A DNA stretch of 63,039 nucleotides, counting the filler, from Octopus bimaculoides (taxonomy: Eukaryota): NCBI RefSeq assembly GCF_001194135.2. It is 8 parts of 8 records of this genome, joined end to end, with 100 filler letters (N's around TTAATTAATTAA, not from the genome) between each part and the next. Parts side by side here need not be neighbours in the genome. Positions count along the whole stretch, not along the records: positions 1 to 22,980 come from NC_068991.1; 7 more parts are not named here. One strand, 5' to 3'. This document shows, piece by piece, positions 10,801 to 22,652 of this stretch; position 1 is the first letter of the stretch; each line of letters begins with the position of its first letter. The notes below the pieces were generated by a model. The model saw only the letters and a program-made list of their open reading frames with translations. It ran no database searches and had not been told where the DNA came from. Position numbers and translations under genes: made by a program.

Positions 10801-13800
10801 TGCAGTAGTAGGCAGAGGTAGAAGCACTCTTGTTGAGTGGGATGTACTGTGTATACTCGGACAAGGCAAGTGTCAAACTTAATGCCAGGGTATCCATGAA
10901 CATTTTGACCTGCTTTCCTTGGAGTCCATTGTTTTCCATTCCAAGTGTAGTACGATGGAATCTGTGGATGCAACAAGGTTTGAGCGAATGGATCCACTTG
11001 ACAGAGCTTGAAGAATGCAGTGAGTGTTCTGTCCTTTGGTTGCTCTGCCAACAGAGAAGCATTAGCATCGGTGAAGTACACTCTTTGACCGTTTTCCAGG
11101 TGCACTGCAAGCTGTTGAACGGCGAGGTGTCGTTGGTGAAGTGGAAAGCCAAAGATGCACCAGAAAGCCTCGTTGCTACTTATGTAGCATCCCACCTGAT
11201 AGTGCATCAACTCATCCTGGCAGTATTCTTGTTGAAGTCCAAACATTGCAGCATTAGAACCCTTGTTCACATACTTGCAAACATACTTGATGGACTTAAC
11301 AGAGTTGCAAAACTCAACGTTAATGTGGGCATTGAAAATCTTTGACAGAAGTGGGCAGTAGGGAACAATCCATCTATTATCAACCTTGTGCTGTCCGATA
11401 GTTGCCGTCTTGTGGTTTTCTCGGTCTGTATGATGGATACCCATCAGCACCTGTCTGAGTTTGTTGTAGGAACTTCCTTGGAAACTTTTTTGAACATACT
11501 CTGTCTTTCAAACATGGTGAGTTAATGTTGAATCCACGCCCACATGGACCATGCACCATGTTTGCTTTAACTATGTCGATAGTACTTTGTCTAAAGCTGG
11601 ATCAGGAAGTTCTGCAGAGATTATGTTGTCAATGTCAGTTGATTTGATCTTCGTTGAGAGCCAAAGCAGGATATGAGCATGTGGAAGGCCCCTTTTTTGC
11701 CATTCGATTGTGTACATGTCACATTTTATGGGTCTGAAGATTTGCCCTTTTTTAGGAGGTCCATGAGAGTAATTAATTTCAGATGGAAAACTCAGGTGAG
11801 GAGGTCATGCCTGTCTTTAGGCTTTTGACCAAAGAAGAGTTCGGCCTGAATCTCCTTCCACTTGGGATTACATGTGAAAGTGATGAATAAGTCAGGCCTG
11901 CCGTAATGGCGGACAAAGGTCATTGCATCCTGTGTTTTTTCATGCATGTATCAGGGACTTCCAGTGAATGTGGAAGGCAAGATGCAAAGTCTTCCTATGC
12001 TTGTTGGAGCAGCATCATTGTTGATGGCATCTCGGAGATGGATGTAGTTGTCAGAGTGCAATTTTTGTTGATGCGATCTGATGAAACACAATCTCTCTGA
12101 TTCCATTCTTGCACACATATCAACTACAAATTGATGAAACAGATCTCGAGACTGGTGGAGGTGATTACAGGAGTTGTTCCATGTCATAAATCGGAATGAG
12201 TAGAAGTCCATGCAGGATACTGGCTTATTGAGATATTCATTACGATTTTGTGGATGTTGCTGTAGTATACCGATGTGGTAGCCATCCTCACCGTAAACAA
12301 ACAGAAGTGGATACTGAAGTGTATCGTATGATCGGTGTGTTTCTGTAATTCGTTGGAGGGTGGTGTCACGTTGCCTAAGGACAATGTCTCTGGGATTGTG
12401 CTGTTCACCGTGAAGGAGTACAGCTATTTCATTGCATGTGGGTGCATTGTAACGGCTTGCATGTTCTGTAGATGGTCTTTTCTGAGCATCTTTGATAACA
12501 TTGAAATTAGAAGAAGCTTCTGTTTCCAAGGCATACTTGAAGCTGCGTACGTAGCTGTTTTTCTGGTGCAGGTCTTGTAGTTGCATTATCAATTGAAATT
12601 TAGTGCCATTGGAAATGGAGTTTCGTCGGGTGGCTTGTTCATGTAAATTACCTACAAAGTACAATTGAAGGAATTGAGGATCTTTATTTTCAGCAGGTTC
12701 GCGTGATCCTATCCTATGGTAAACCTGTCCCTGCACTTCGAAAGTTAGCATAAACCCACCTTCTGAAACAACATTAGTGCCGAAAGATGTAATTTGGAAT
12801 GCACAGTTGTACTTGCGGATGTTATTTAGGAAATGTTTCGACTCTGTATTTGTGCCAGCGTAGAGTGACTTTAACAGCTGTGGTGGATCCTGCAGCGGAG
12901 TGGGGGTTAACTTTTCCATTAGTGCAACACATAGCAGGAGTTTCTCTGGACCACTTATTAGCATTGCAGAAAGAGCAAGTGATGGACATATCTCCAATGT
13001 TTATATCTGGCTGGCAATCATAATGAAGGTTAGGGTTGTAGCTGAAAGCCTTTAATAACCATTGTGAGCTGCATGGCATTGAAAATCCTCGTCTATGAGC
13101 TCTTTATTGAATGGAACTCGGCAGCATAGAATGTCTCTATTGTAATGTGTGGGAAGCTCGCACAGCATCCATGTTGGCAGCATTCCTGAGCAGGTGTATA
13201 GTGCGTTCGTTTTTCTTCTCTGCAGCTCGTGCAGCAGCAATTGAGGCGCAATCAGCACTTCACCGAACTTTACGCTGGTGTTGAGTCTCTGCAGCTCATG
13301 CAGCAGCAGTTGAGGCAGCATCAGCAGTTCGTCGAAGTGTATGCTGGTCATCTATTTGGAGTGTTCTTGAAGTGGCTGTACGTTCAGCATTTTGTGATCG
13401 TCTAATGTCAGTTTCCAATGATGATTCATTTGCCCTTCTGGATCTTTTTTAAAACGGGGGCCACATTTTTCATTAACGAAACACTTTGAAACTTGGAACA
13501 CTGGTAGAATGTGTCATATAAAACATCTTTTTCTCTTAGNNNNNNNNNNNNNNNNNNNNNNNNNNNNNNNNNNNNNNNNNNNNNNNNNNNNNNNNNNNNN
13601 NNNNNNNNNNNNNNNNNNNNNNNNNNNNNNNNNNNNNNNNNNNNNNNNNNNNNNNNNNNNNNNNNNNNNNNNNNNNNNNNNNNNNNNNNNNNNNNNNNNN
13701 NNNNNNNNNNNNNNNNNNNNNNNNNNNNNNNNNNNNNNNNNNNNNNNNNNNNNNNNNNNNNNNNNNNNNNNNNNNNNNNNNNNNNNNNNNNNNNNNNNNN

Positions 13801-14379
13801 NNNNNNNNNNNNNNNNNNNNNNNNNNNNNNNNNNNNNNNNNNNNNNNNNNNNNNNNNNNNNNNNNNNNNNNNNNNNNNNNNNNNNNNNNNNNNNNNNNNN
13901 NNNNNNNNNNNNNNNNNNNNNNNNNNNNNNNNNNNNNNNNNNNNNNNNNNNNNNNNNNNNNNNNNNNNNNNNNNNNNNNNNNNNNNNNNNNNNNNNNNNN
14001 NNNNNNNNNNNNNNNNNNNNNNNNNNNNNNNNNNNNNNNNNNNNNNNNNNNNNNNNNNNNNNNNNNNNNNNNNNNNNNNNNNNNNNNNNNNNNNNNNNNN
14101 NNNNNNNNNNNNNNNNNNNNNNNNNNNNNNNNNNNNNNNNNNNNNNNNNNNNNNNNNNNNNNNNNNNNNNNNNNNNNNNNNNNNNNNNNNNNNNNNNNNN
14201 NNNNATAACACAAAATAGATAAGTATACGAAGTTTGAAAGTCTTTCGGTACCAAAAACACTACGTAAAACATTAATGAAAAATGTGGTCCCCGTTTTAAA
14301 AAAGATCCGCCCTTCTTGCTGATGATGTTGCAGCTTTCGCAGTTTTTCGTCCAATTGAAGAAGTCTTTCTTCGGGGCAT
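10801..14379 (-). pseudogene. Helitron Rep (HUH endonuclease) region; no helicase visible
   Basis: Starts MPRRKTSSIGRK at 14379, then 23-aa repeats, the Zn region CSFCNANKW...MCCTNGKV, QLYFV, YDTLQYPLLF, ILPSTFTGSP, GRPDLFITFTCNPKW (about 11857-11904), YTIEWQKRGLPHAHILLWL (about 11657-11720), SIKYVCKYVNKG (about 11261-11295) and ECFYLCLLLH. Multiple stops and frameshifts. Confidence 0.93.
13440..14308. mobile_element. MITE with about 37-bp TIRs and an 8-bp TSD (Merlin-like; hAT not excluded)
   Basis: TIR GGATCTTTTTTAAAACGGGGGCCACATTTTTCATTAA and its inverse ending at 14308. Perfect TSD GCCCTTCT at 13432-13439 and 14309-14316. The interior is mostly N. Confidence 0.85.
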
Positions 14380-14789
14380 GATCTAAAATAAGCATGATGA
14401 AATGCAGTGAGATACACTGTGAAGTATGAAATATTAATTGAATGGTTATTATGTAAATGTAGATAATTTGCAAACTTGCAACTGCTGCGGTAATAATGAA
14501 GTGGTATTAGAACGGTAAATGTGTCCACTAACATGATGTTAGTGTTATGACATGAAAATGGCAACAGTTGTAAAAGGCACGGTGAGAGAAATGGTAATAG
14601 GAAAGGAGAAAGTGGTAATGAAATGTTTTGGGAAAGTTATCGTTTGTGTGGACATGAATTTTGGATGTTTTTTGTGAATGTATGTCTGGCCTGCTGTATA
14701 GATTGGATAGGGAAAGGGTTAATGAAAGAGCAATTGGATGAATTGATTAGGTTTGTTTATTTATGCTGGTGGTGTCGAAGCTGCCGTTG

Positions 14790-17750
14790 ATGCTGCATAT
14801 GAGTGTAGGAATGGTTATAGGTAAGTTAGTCGGTGTGCAAGTCCACATGAAGTGACAAGGAAAACAGTATCGTTAAATTTGTATGTGTGCAGTGGTATGC
14901 AGTTCAGTAAAAAGTGAAAGAAGTGGGAGTGTTATCGCTCTGTATGAAGTACCCTGTTAGCCTATTGTTAATGAAAGAAATGGAAAAGAATAGAAAATGT
15001 AAGAAATGAAGTGAATAAATGTAAAATATTGCTCGGCGCCCGCATTAGGGAAGAAGTATGGAATTATTTTGAAAGAAATGAAAATGTAGAAAGTAGGAGT
15101 CGTGACAGGGAATACAAAAAGGAAGGTATTATTGTAGCATAATTTGAATGTCCGTGATGGAATACATATGAATGGGCTGGAAAAGAAAGAAAGAGAATAG
15201 TTGGGAGTTGATATGCAGCTATAGTTTGAGACATTAACGGAATTGTTTTGTATTTGTAAGACGTCGGGCTACCACTGAACAGCTATTTGCGAGAAGCTGT
15301 TACGTGGTCGCACGCATATCAGTAAGGAGTGGAGAAAGTGGGATTGTTTTCGGTCGTTATCAAGTACCCCTATTGTAAATAAAAGAAATTGAAAAGAGAT
15401 GAAAATGTAAGAAATTGAGTGAAGCAATGCCAAAGATTGCTCGGCATCCGCATTAGGGAAGAAGTATGGAATAAACGTGAAGGAAGTGAAAATGTGCAAA
15501 TTAGGATTAGGGAGATGAAACTGAGAAGGAAAGGTATTATTTGTGCATAATTTGAATGTCCGTGATGGTAAACATACTGTGGGGGACAAAAGAGTTTGCA
15601 GACCTATTTTTTCTCAATTTCTTTATTAATTTTGCTTTATTTTTTAGTTTCACCTCTTCCATCATTTGCTGGTTGCCATTCTGTTTTTTTTCATTATTAC
15701 ATTTTACGAAAAAACCCAGAATTTATTATCGTTATTNNNNNNNNNNNNNNNNNNNNNNNNNNNNNNNNNNNNNNNNNNNNNNNNNNNNNNNNNNNNNNNN
15801 NNNNNNNNNNNNNNNNNNNNNNNNNNNNNNNNNNNNNNNNNNNNNNNNNNNNNNNNNNNNNNNNNNNNNNNNNNNNNNNNNNNNNNNNNNNNNNNNNNNN
15901 NNNNNNNNNNNNNNNNNNNNNNNNNNNNNNNNNNNNNNNNNNNNNNNNNNNNNNNNNNNNNNNNNNNNNNNNNNNNNNNNNNNNNNNNNNNNNNNNNNNN
16001 NNNNNNNNNNNNNNNNNNNNNNNNNNNNNNNNNNNNNNNNNNNNNNNNNNNNNNNNNNNNNNNNNNNNNNNNNNNNNNNNNNNNNNNNNNNNNNNNNNNN
16101 NNNNNNNNNNNNNNNNNNNNNNNNNNNNNNNNNNNNNNNNNNNNNNNNNNNNNNNNNNNNNNNNNNNNNNNNNNNNNNNNNNNNNNNNNNNNNNNNNNNN
16201 NNNNNNNNNNNNNNNNNNNNNNNNNNNNNNNNNNNNNNNNNNNNNNNNNNNNNNNNNNNNNNNNNNNNNNNNNNNNNNNNNNNNNNNNNNNNNNNNNNNN
16301 NNNNNNNNNNNNNNNNNNNNNNNNNNNNNNNNNNNNNNNNNNNNNNNNNNNNNNNNNNNNNNNNNNNNNNNNNNNNNNNNNNNNNNNNNNNNNNNNNNNN
16401 NNNNNNNNNNNNNNNNNNNNNNNNNNNNNNNNNNNNNNNNNNNNNNNNNNNNNNNNNNNNNNNNNNNNNNNNNNNNNNNNNNNNNNNNNNNNNNNNNNNN
16501 NNNNNNNNNNNNNNNNNNNNNNNNNNNNNNNNNNNNNNNNNNNNNNNNNNNNNNNNNNNNNNNNNNNNNNNNNNNNNNNNNNNNNNNNNNNNNNNNNNNN
16601 NNNNNNNNNNNNNNNNNNNNNNNNNNNNNNNNNNNNNNNNNNNNNNNNNNNNNNNGTTTTGTTAATTGTTATTTGAGCAATAACTGTTGTTTTCTTGTAA
16701 TATGTTATCAATATATGGTACTATTATCATAATGACACAATGTTTCAAATTATATTATGTTTAAAAATGTTATTTATTTCGAATAAATGAGTCTTGCAAA
16801 CTCTTTTGGCCCATATTTCTTCCTGAAAGTTTTTAAAAATCCATATTTTCCCCCCAGAATATGATTATTTGGTTTCCGTCTCTAGGAATTTACTTTATAT
16901 ATTTGCATATCGAACAATGAGTAACATAGTTATTATATTGGAAAATATTGAAGCATAAATTTATCAATATATACAATTTGCAAACACTTTTGACCCCCAC
17001 AGTATGAATCAGCTGGAAAAGAAATTAAGGAAATTGTTTTGAGTTGATATGCAGGTATACTTGTAGACAGTAACCGAATTGGTTGTTATTTGTAAGACGT
17101 TGTGCTACCACTGAACAGGTATGTGCGAGAAGCCGTTACGTGTTACGAACGCGTGCTAGAAATAGCAGTGAAATATTTCATATTTCGTTAGTGAAATGAG
17201 TTTAGGAATGATTGTAGGTAAGTTATTAGGTCTGCAGGGCCGCATTATTGAAGAAGGCGGAAAGGAAGTCGGTAAGATGTAATGCGTGCACTGGCACACA
17301 TTCAGTAAGGAGAAGTGTAGAAAGTGTGAGTGTTTGTGCTCATTATCAAGTACCGTGTTCCCCTATTGTTGCGGAAAGAAATTGAAAAGAGATGAAAATG
17401 TATAAAATAGAGTGAAGCGAAGCAAAAACTTGCTCGGCGCCCGCATTACAGAAAATTATGGAATTAATTTGAAAGAAGTGAAAAGGTAAAAGTCAGGAGT
17501 ATGGACACTGAATTGAAAAGGAACGGTATTATTGTATCAGAATTGGAAAGTCTATGATGGAAAACATATGAATGCGGTGGAAAAGAAAGAAAGAAAAGTG
17601 TTGGGAGTTGATATGCAGGTGTGCTTGTAGACGTGTACAGATTTTATTTGTATTTGTAAGCTGTGGTGGTAGCAGAGAACAGGTATTTACGAAAAGCCGT
17701 TATGTGGTAGCAACGCGTGTTAGAAATAGCAGTTAAATGTGAAATATTGA
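14790..17750. repeat. Imperfect tandem array (about 3 copies, units roughly 400-560 bp) inside the Helitron 5' region
   Basis: Marker TTGCTCGGC(G/A)(C/T)CCGCATTA occurs near 15030, 15438 and 17430. GAGTTGATATGCAG occurs near 15205, 17042 and 17605. TATTTGTAAG...GAACAG occurs near 15250, 17088 and 17650. Confidence 0.8.
15577..17003. mobile_element. Tc1/mariner-like non-autonomous element with TA TSD
   Basis: TA|CTGTGGGGGACAAAAGAGTTTGCA ... TGCAAACACTTTTTGACCCCCACAG|TA. Removing it restores the array unit (gatggtaaaca-ta-tgaat). Confidence 0.82.
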
Positions 17751-17788
17751 TGCAATTTAGAAACGAAAAAGGTTACGTACCGAATTCA

Positions 17789-18375
17789 GAGGCAAGACCT
17801 TCGTACATTGGGCCTCACCGAGGCGATGACTACTGACCGAGACCTTTGGAAATGTGCTGTGCGTGAGAAGACCCGGCAAGCCAAGTAAGATCGTTGCCAG
17901 TGCCCCTGGACTGGTTCTTGTGCGGGTGGCACATGAGATGCACCATTTTGAGCGTGGCCGTTGCCAGTACCGCCTGATTGGCTCCCGTAGGATTTTCGAG
18001 CGAGATCGTTGCCAGTGCCCCTGGACTGGCTTGTGCGGGTGGCACATAAAAGACACCATTTCGAGCGTGGCCGTTTTCGTGCGGGTGACACGTAAAAGCA
18101 CCTACTNNNNNNNNNNNNNNNNNNNNNNNNNNNNNNNNNNNNNNNNNNNNNNNNNNNNNNNNNNNNNNNNNNNNNNNNNNNNNNNNNNNNNNNNNNCTAC
18201 TACACTCTCTGAGTGGTTGGCGTTAGGAAGGGCATCCAGCTGTAGAAACTCTGCCAAATTAGACTGGAGCCTGGTGTTGCCATCCGGTTTCACCAGTCCT
18301 CAGTCAAATCGTCCAACCCATGCTAGCATGGAAAGCGGACGTTAAACGATGATGATGATGATGATGATGATGATG
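17789..18375 (+). mobile_element. 5'-truncated RTE LINE: ORF2 C-terminus, 3'UTR and (GAT)n tail
   Basis: RQDLRTLGLTEAMTTDRDLWKCAVREKTRQAK*, then a 3'UTR ending CCCATGCTAGCATGGAAAGCGGACGTTAAAC(GAT)n. Confidence 0.85.
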
Positions 18376-19071
18376 AATGAATATGCTTTAGTTGGTCAAG
18401 ATTGCTTTGATATAACAATGTTGTGAAGTGAAGATGATAGAAATTGTAAGAGGAGAGGAGACAGTGATTATGAATTTTGTTCCCAATGTTATTTGCCTGG
18501 AAGTGAACTCTGTCGTATATAAAAGAAAGCAGCCAGCTAGAAGGATGAAAATATCAGTGGTGCTTTAGTGGTATGGGATCGTTTTAAGTCTCCATACGCT
18601 AGGAAGGTTAGAGGTGAAGTGGATGATTCCATTGTATCGTTGTGACAAGTAATTTTTATTTCCCTGTCGTGGTACTTAAATGAGAATGAGATGTAAGGGG
18701 ACAATGTTTTTGAGATTCCGGTTCGAATGACATGAGTATTTTTGTTTCACTTTTGTCATGTAATACTTCAATAGTGGAGGAGATATGATGTTGCTGTGGG
18801 CTTGAACTATGCAAGAAGTTAAAAATTTTTTTTGACTAAAACACAACCGGGACCCGAAGTAAGGCATGATTAAATTTGAATGAAATTGGTTGTGTAGTTC
18901 TGGAGTTTTAGGGATTCACACAGACACATACACACAGACAGACAGACAGACATTCTCATTTTTATATATATATAGATGCATTTATATTTATTTATATATA
19001 TAGATATTTATATGTATATACATTTATATATATGTATACCTATATATATATTTATATATATATTTATACAT

Positions 19072-19179
19072 CAGATTGGAGCCTGGTGTATCCATCTGGT
19101 TCACCAGTCCTCAGTCAAATCGTCCAACCCATGCTAGCATGGAAAGCAGCCGTTAAATGATGATGATGATGATGATGAT
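19072..19179 (+). mobile_element. Very short copy of the same RTE 3'UTR
   Basis: Near-identical to 18265-18375 and ends in (GAT)n. Confidence 0.85.
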
Positions 19180-19194
19180 ATATATATATATTAA

Positions 19195-19236
19195 CGGCGG
19201 TGCATCAGCATGGCCACAGCTGAAACTATAAAAGAA
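19195..19236 (+). mobile_element. Tail-only remnant of the SINE-A/CR1 3' end
   Basis: GGCGGTGCATCAGCATGGCCACAGCTGAAACTATAAAAGA resembles the shared tail. Confidence 0.5.
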
Positions 19237-20294
19237 AAAAATATATATATATAAATATATATATATGTATTTATATATATATATATAGATATATATATAT
19301 ATGTGTATTATATAAATATATATATATANNNNNNNNNNNNNNNNNNNNNNNNNNNNNNNNNNNNNNNNNNNNNNNNNNNNNNNNNNNNNNNNNNNNNNNN
19401 NNNNNNNNNNNNNNNNNNNNNNNNNNNNNNNNNNNNNNNNNNNNNNNNNNNNNNNNNNNNNNNNNNNNNNNNNNNNNNNNNNNNNNNNNNNNNNNNNNNN
19501 NNNNNNNNNNNNNNNNNNNNNNNNNNNNNNNNNNNNNNNNNNNNNNNNNNNNNNNNNNNNNNNNNNNNNNNNNNNNNNNNNNNNNNNNNNNNNNNNNNNN
19601 NNNNNNNNNNNNNNNNNNNNNNNNNNNNNNNNNNNNNNNNNNNNNNNNNNNNNNNNNNNNNNNNNNNNNNNNNNNNNNNNNNNNNNNNNNNNNNNNNNNN
19701 NNNNNNNNNNNNNNNNNNNNNNNNNNNNNNNNNNNNNNNNNNNNNNNNNNNNNNNNNNNNNNNNNNNNNNNNNNNNNNNNNNNNNNNNNNNNNNNNNNNN
19801 NNNNNNNNNNNNNNNNNNNNNNNNNNNNNNNNNNNNNNNNNNNNNNNNNNNNNNNNNNNNNNNNNNNNNNNNNNNNNNNNNNNNNNNNNNNNNNNNNNNN
19901 NNNNNNNNNNNNNNNNNNNNNNNNNNNNNNNNNNNNNNNNNNNNNNNNNNNNNNNNNNNNNNNNNNNNNNNNNNNNNNNNNNNNNNNNNNNNNNNNNNNN
20001 NNNNNNNNNNNNNNNNNNNNNNNNNNNNNNNNNNNNNNNNNNNNNNNNNNNNNNNNNNNNNNNNNNNNNNNNNNNNNNNNNNNNNNNNNNNNNNNNNNNN
20101 NNNNNNNNNNNNNNNNNNNNNNNNNNNNNNNNNNNNNNNNNNNNNNNNNNNNNNNNNNNNNNNNNNNNNNNNNNNNNNNNNNNNNNNNNNNNNNNNNNNN
20201 NNNNNNNNNNNNNNNNNNNNNNNNNNNNNNNNNNNNNNNNNNNNNNNNNNNNNNNNNNNNNNNNNNNNNNNNNNNNNNNNNNNNNNNNNNNNNN

Positions 20295-21540
20295 CATAAG
20301 ACAACATAATATAGTCATATGCAATACATATTGCCCACCGGATGCTCCAAATCACATAGGCAAATTTGAAGATTGCCTCACTAGAATTAAAGAAATCCTC
20401 ATGAAACTGGAACACCACGTGACCATATTTCTTATGGGTGATTTCAACTTCCCCAACGTCAAATGGTTCAAAGGTCTCATAATCTCAGGAATGACTCATC
20501 ACAAGAAAACACAGGTGAAGACCCTGCTCAGCCTCACCAATGCTCTATTCATTGAGCAAGCTGTTCTCAGACCAACTAGAGCGAATAACATTCTGGATCT
20601 CTGCTTCACGAACAATATGGACATCATTCATGATGTGAAAGTGACGCCGACATTAGTCACAGATCACAACATAAAAGAGCTGTCTATGTTTGGGCCGAAA
20701 GTAACCAGAGACATACAGCCTAAAAGAAGTACCTGAAATCTCTCCAATCTGAACTTCCACAAAGCAGACTGAAAATCGATCCAGAAAGAGATCCTCCGAG
20801 AGGATTGGCCAAAATGTCTCTCCACACCAGACATTGACATGAAACTAGAATTTTTCATGTCTGTTGTGCAAGCCATATGCCAGAAATATGTCCCAGAGCA
20901 CAAGGCCAAAACAAATAGGAACAAGATTCCAAGGGAGAGGAGGATCCTCATGAAACAATGGATGAAAGTTGCAAATCGACTCAACCAGCATCCCAAAAGT
21001 AGCGAAAGGTCCCGCCTAAAAACGACACTGATGGAGATTGAAAAAAGGTTGCACCAATCCTATGTGAGGGAGAGAGAAGACAAAAAAACCTGGGTTATAA
21101 AAAACATTAAGTCAAACCCAAAGGCCTTCTGTCATTACATGAAAGAAACAGCCTCAGTACGCTGCAAGATTGGACCCCTCTTCGAAAAGGATGGCTCCCT
21201 CACAGACAGTCCAACTAGAATCAGTGAGGTACTGAATGAGCAGTTCAAAAGTGTTTTCACCACACCGTTGGAGCACAGACAAGTGGACTTCTTTGCTACC
21301 TCCCCTATAACTAGAGAGGCAGTTACAATGGAATACATTGACATTAGCGAAGATGTACTACTAGCTATAGATGAAGTGGATACAAACTCAACAGCTGCTC
21401 CTGATGGTTTTCCAGCAATCCTCCTTAAATCGTGTAAGCATGCCCTGGCAAAACCCCTCCAGATCCTCTTCGAGAGCTTTCTCGCAAATGGCAAGCTGAA
21501 GGAGAGAATAATATGCCCAATCCATAAAGGGGGAAGCAGA
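20295..21540 (+). mobile_element. CR1-like LINE ORF2: endonuclease C-terminus to RT N-terminus (degenerate)
   Basis: NTYCPP, MGDFNFP, PTRANNILDLCFTN, TDHN, NIKSNPKAF, LNEQFKSVFT and APDGFPAILLKSCK...CPIHKGGSR. Confidence 0.92.
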
Positions 21541-22652
21541 NNNNNNNNNNNNNNNNNNNNNNNNNNNNNNNNNNNNNNNNNNNNNNNNNNNNNNNNNNNN
21601 NNNNNNNNNNNNNNNNNNNNNNNNNNNNNNNNNNNNNNNNATATTTATATATTTATTTATATATATATATATATATATTTATATATAGTAATTATATTAT
21701 AGTAATAATATTAGGGAATAGAAAATTTATTCCAACCTTACAGGCAAAAATCGATATAATATTACACCAGGTTTCCTAATATATAATATATATGTATATA
21801 ACTAATGTAGAGATGAACCACCACTCTACAACTCAGTCAACTCAGAACCCGTCCAAATCCATGCTGTGAGGCATATACCATCTTAATATATCTAAGATTT
21901 TAATCTAAAATTTAAATTAATATATTACATAAATAGATCATATAAATCATATAAATAAAACATAGAAATATTAATTTTAAAAAATTTAGAAGTCAAATTT
22001 ATAAATTGGACAGTAAAAATTAATACGATAATATACAGTATAGAAGTATAAATGTAAAAAGTTAGTGCTAGTACATAGACTACGTGAGTTTCATGGCTGA
22101 AATAGGTCTATATAAAATCATAAGCAAATTCTATCCGAGTTCATTCGAACAGCGAAATGATTTTACTCCCAAAATCAGTCACTCTTCAGGTCAAATCCCT
22201 AAGAAAATACCTAAAATCGTTCAAGGAATAAACAAAACATGAGAAATAAAAATATATATAAAGAGACAAAATCTGTAAACTAATCCCTACATTAACGGTA
22301 TTGATATAATTATTAAGAGTTACAATCTAAAAATATTGAATAAGAGTATTATATATAGTAAACAAGGCTAAAACATTATGGAATAAGTAGATAATAGTAA
22401 AAAAATGTGTTAGTGTATAAAGTTACTAAAAGACAGATGTCAATATTGTTTATAAAATTAAAATAAGTAAACATGACTTATCTGCCGGCGGTTAACTGTA
22501 GATTAAACCAAAATGGCTGTGCTGTAGAATTTATACGCAACGGTCACGTGATAAATATGGCATTTATGACCCAGAAGTACATGCGTATTATAATTACTAA
22601 AATAAGAACTAAAATATCGAAAAAGAAAATCTACCTCAAATAAAAAGTTATA

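Larger units (their letters stand above)
10233..18976 (-). mobile_element. Helitron with both termini, internally deleted and carrying nested insertions
   Basis: On the minus strand the 5' end is A|TCTATATATATAAAAATGAGAATGTCTGTCTG (18976) and the 3' end is the hairpin CCGTGAA-TTT-TTCACAGG followed by TCCAGCTAG|T (10233). The element sits between A and T with no TSD, and Rep coding sequence in the same orientation lies between the ends. Confidence 0.85.
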
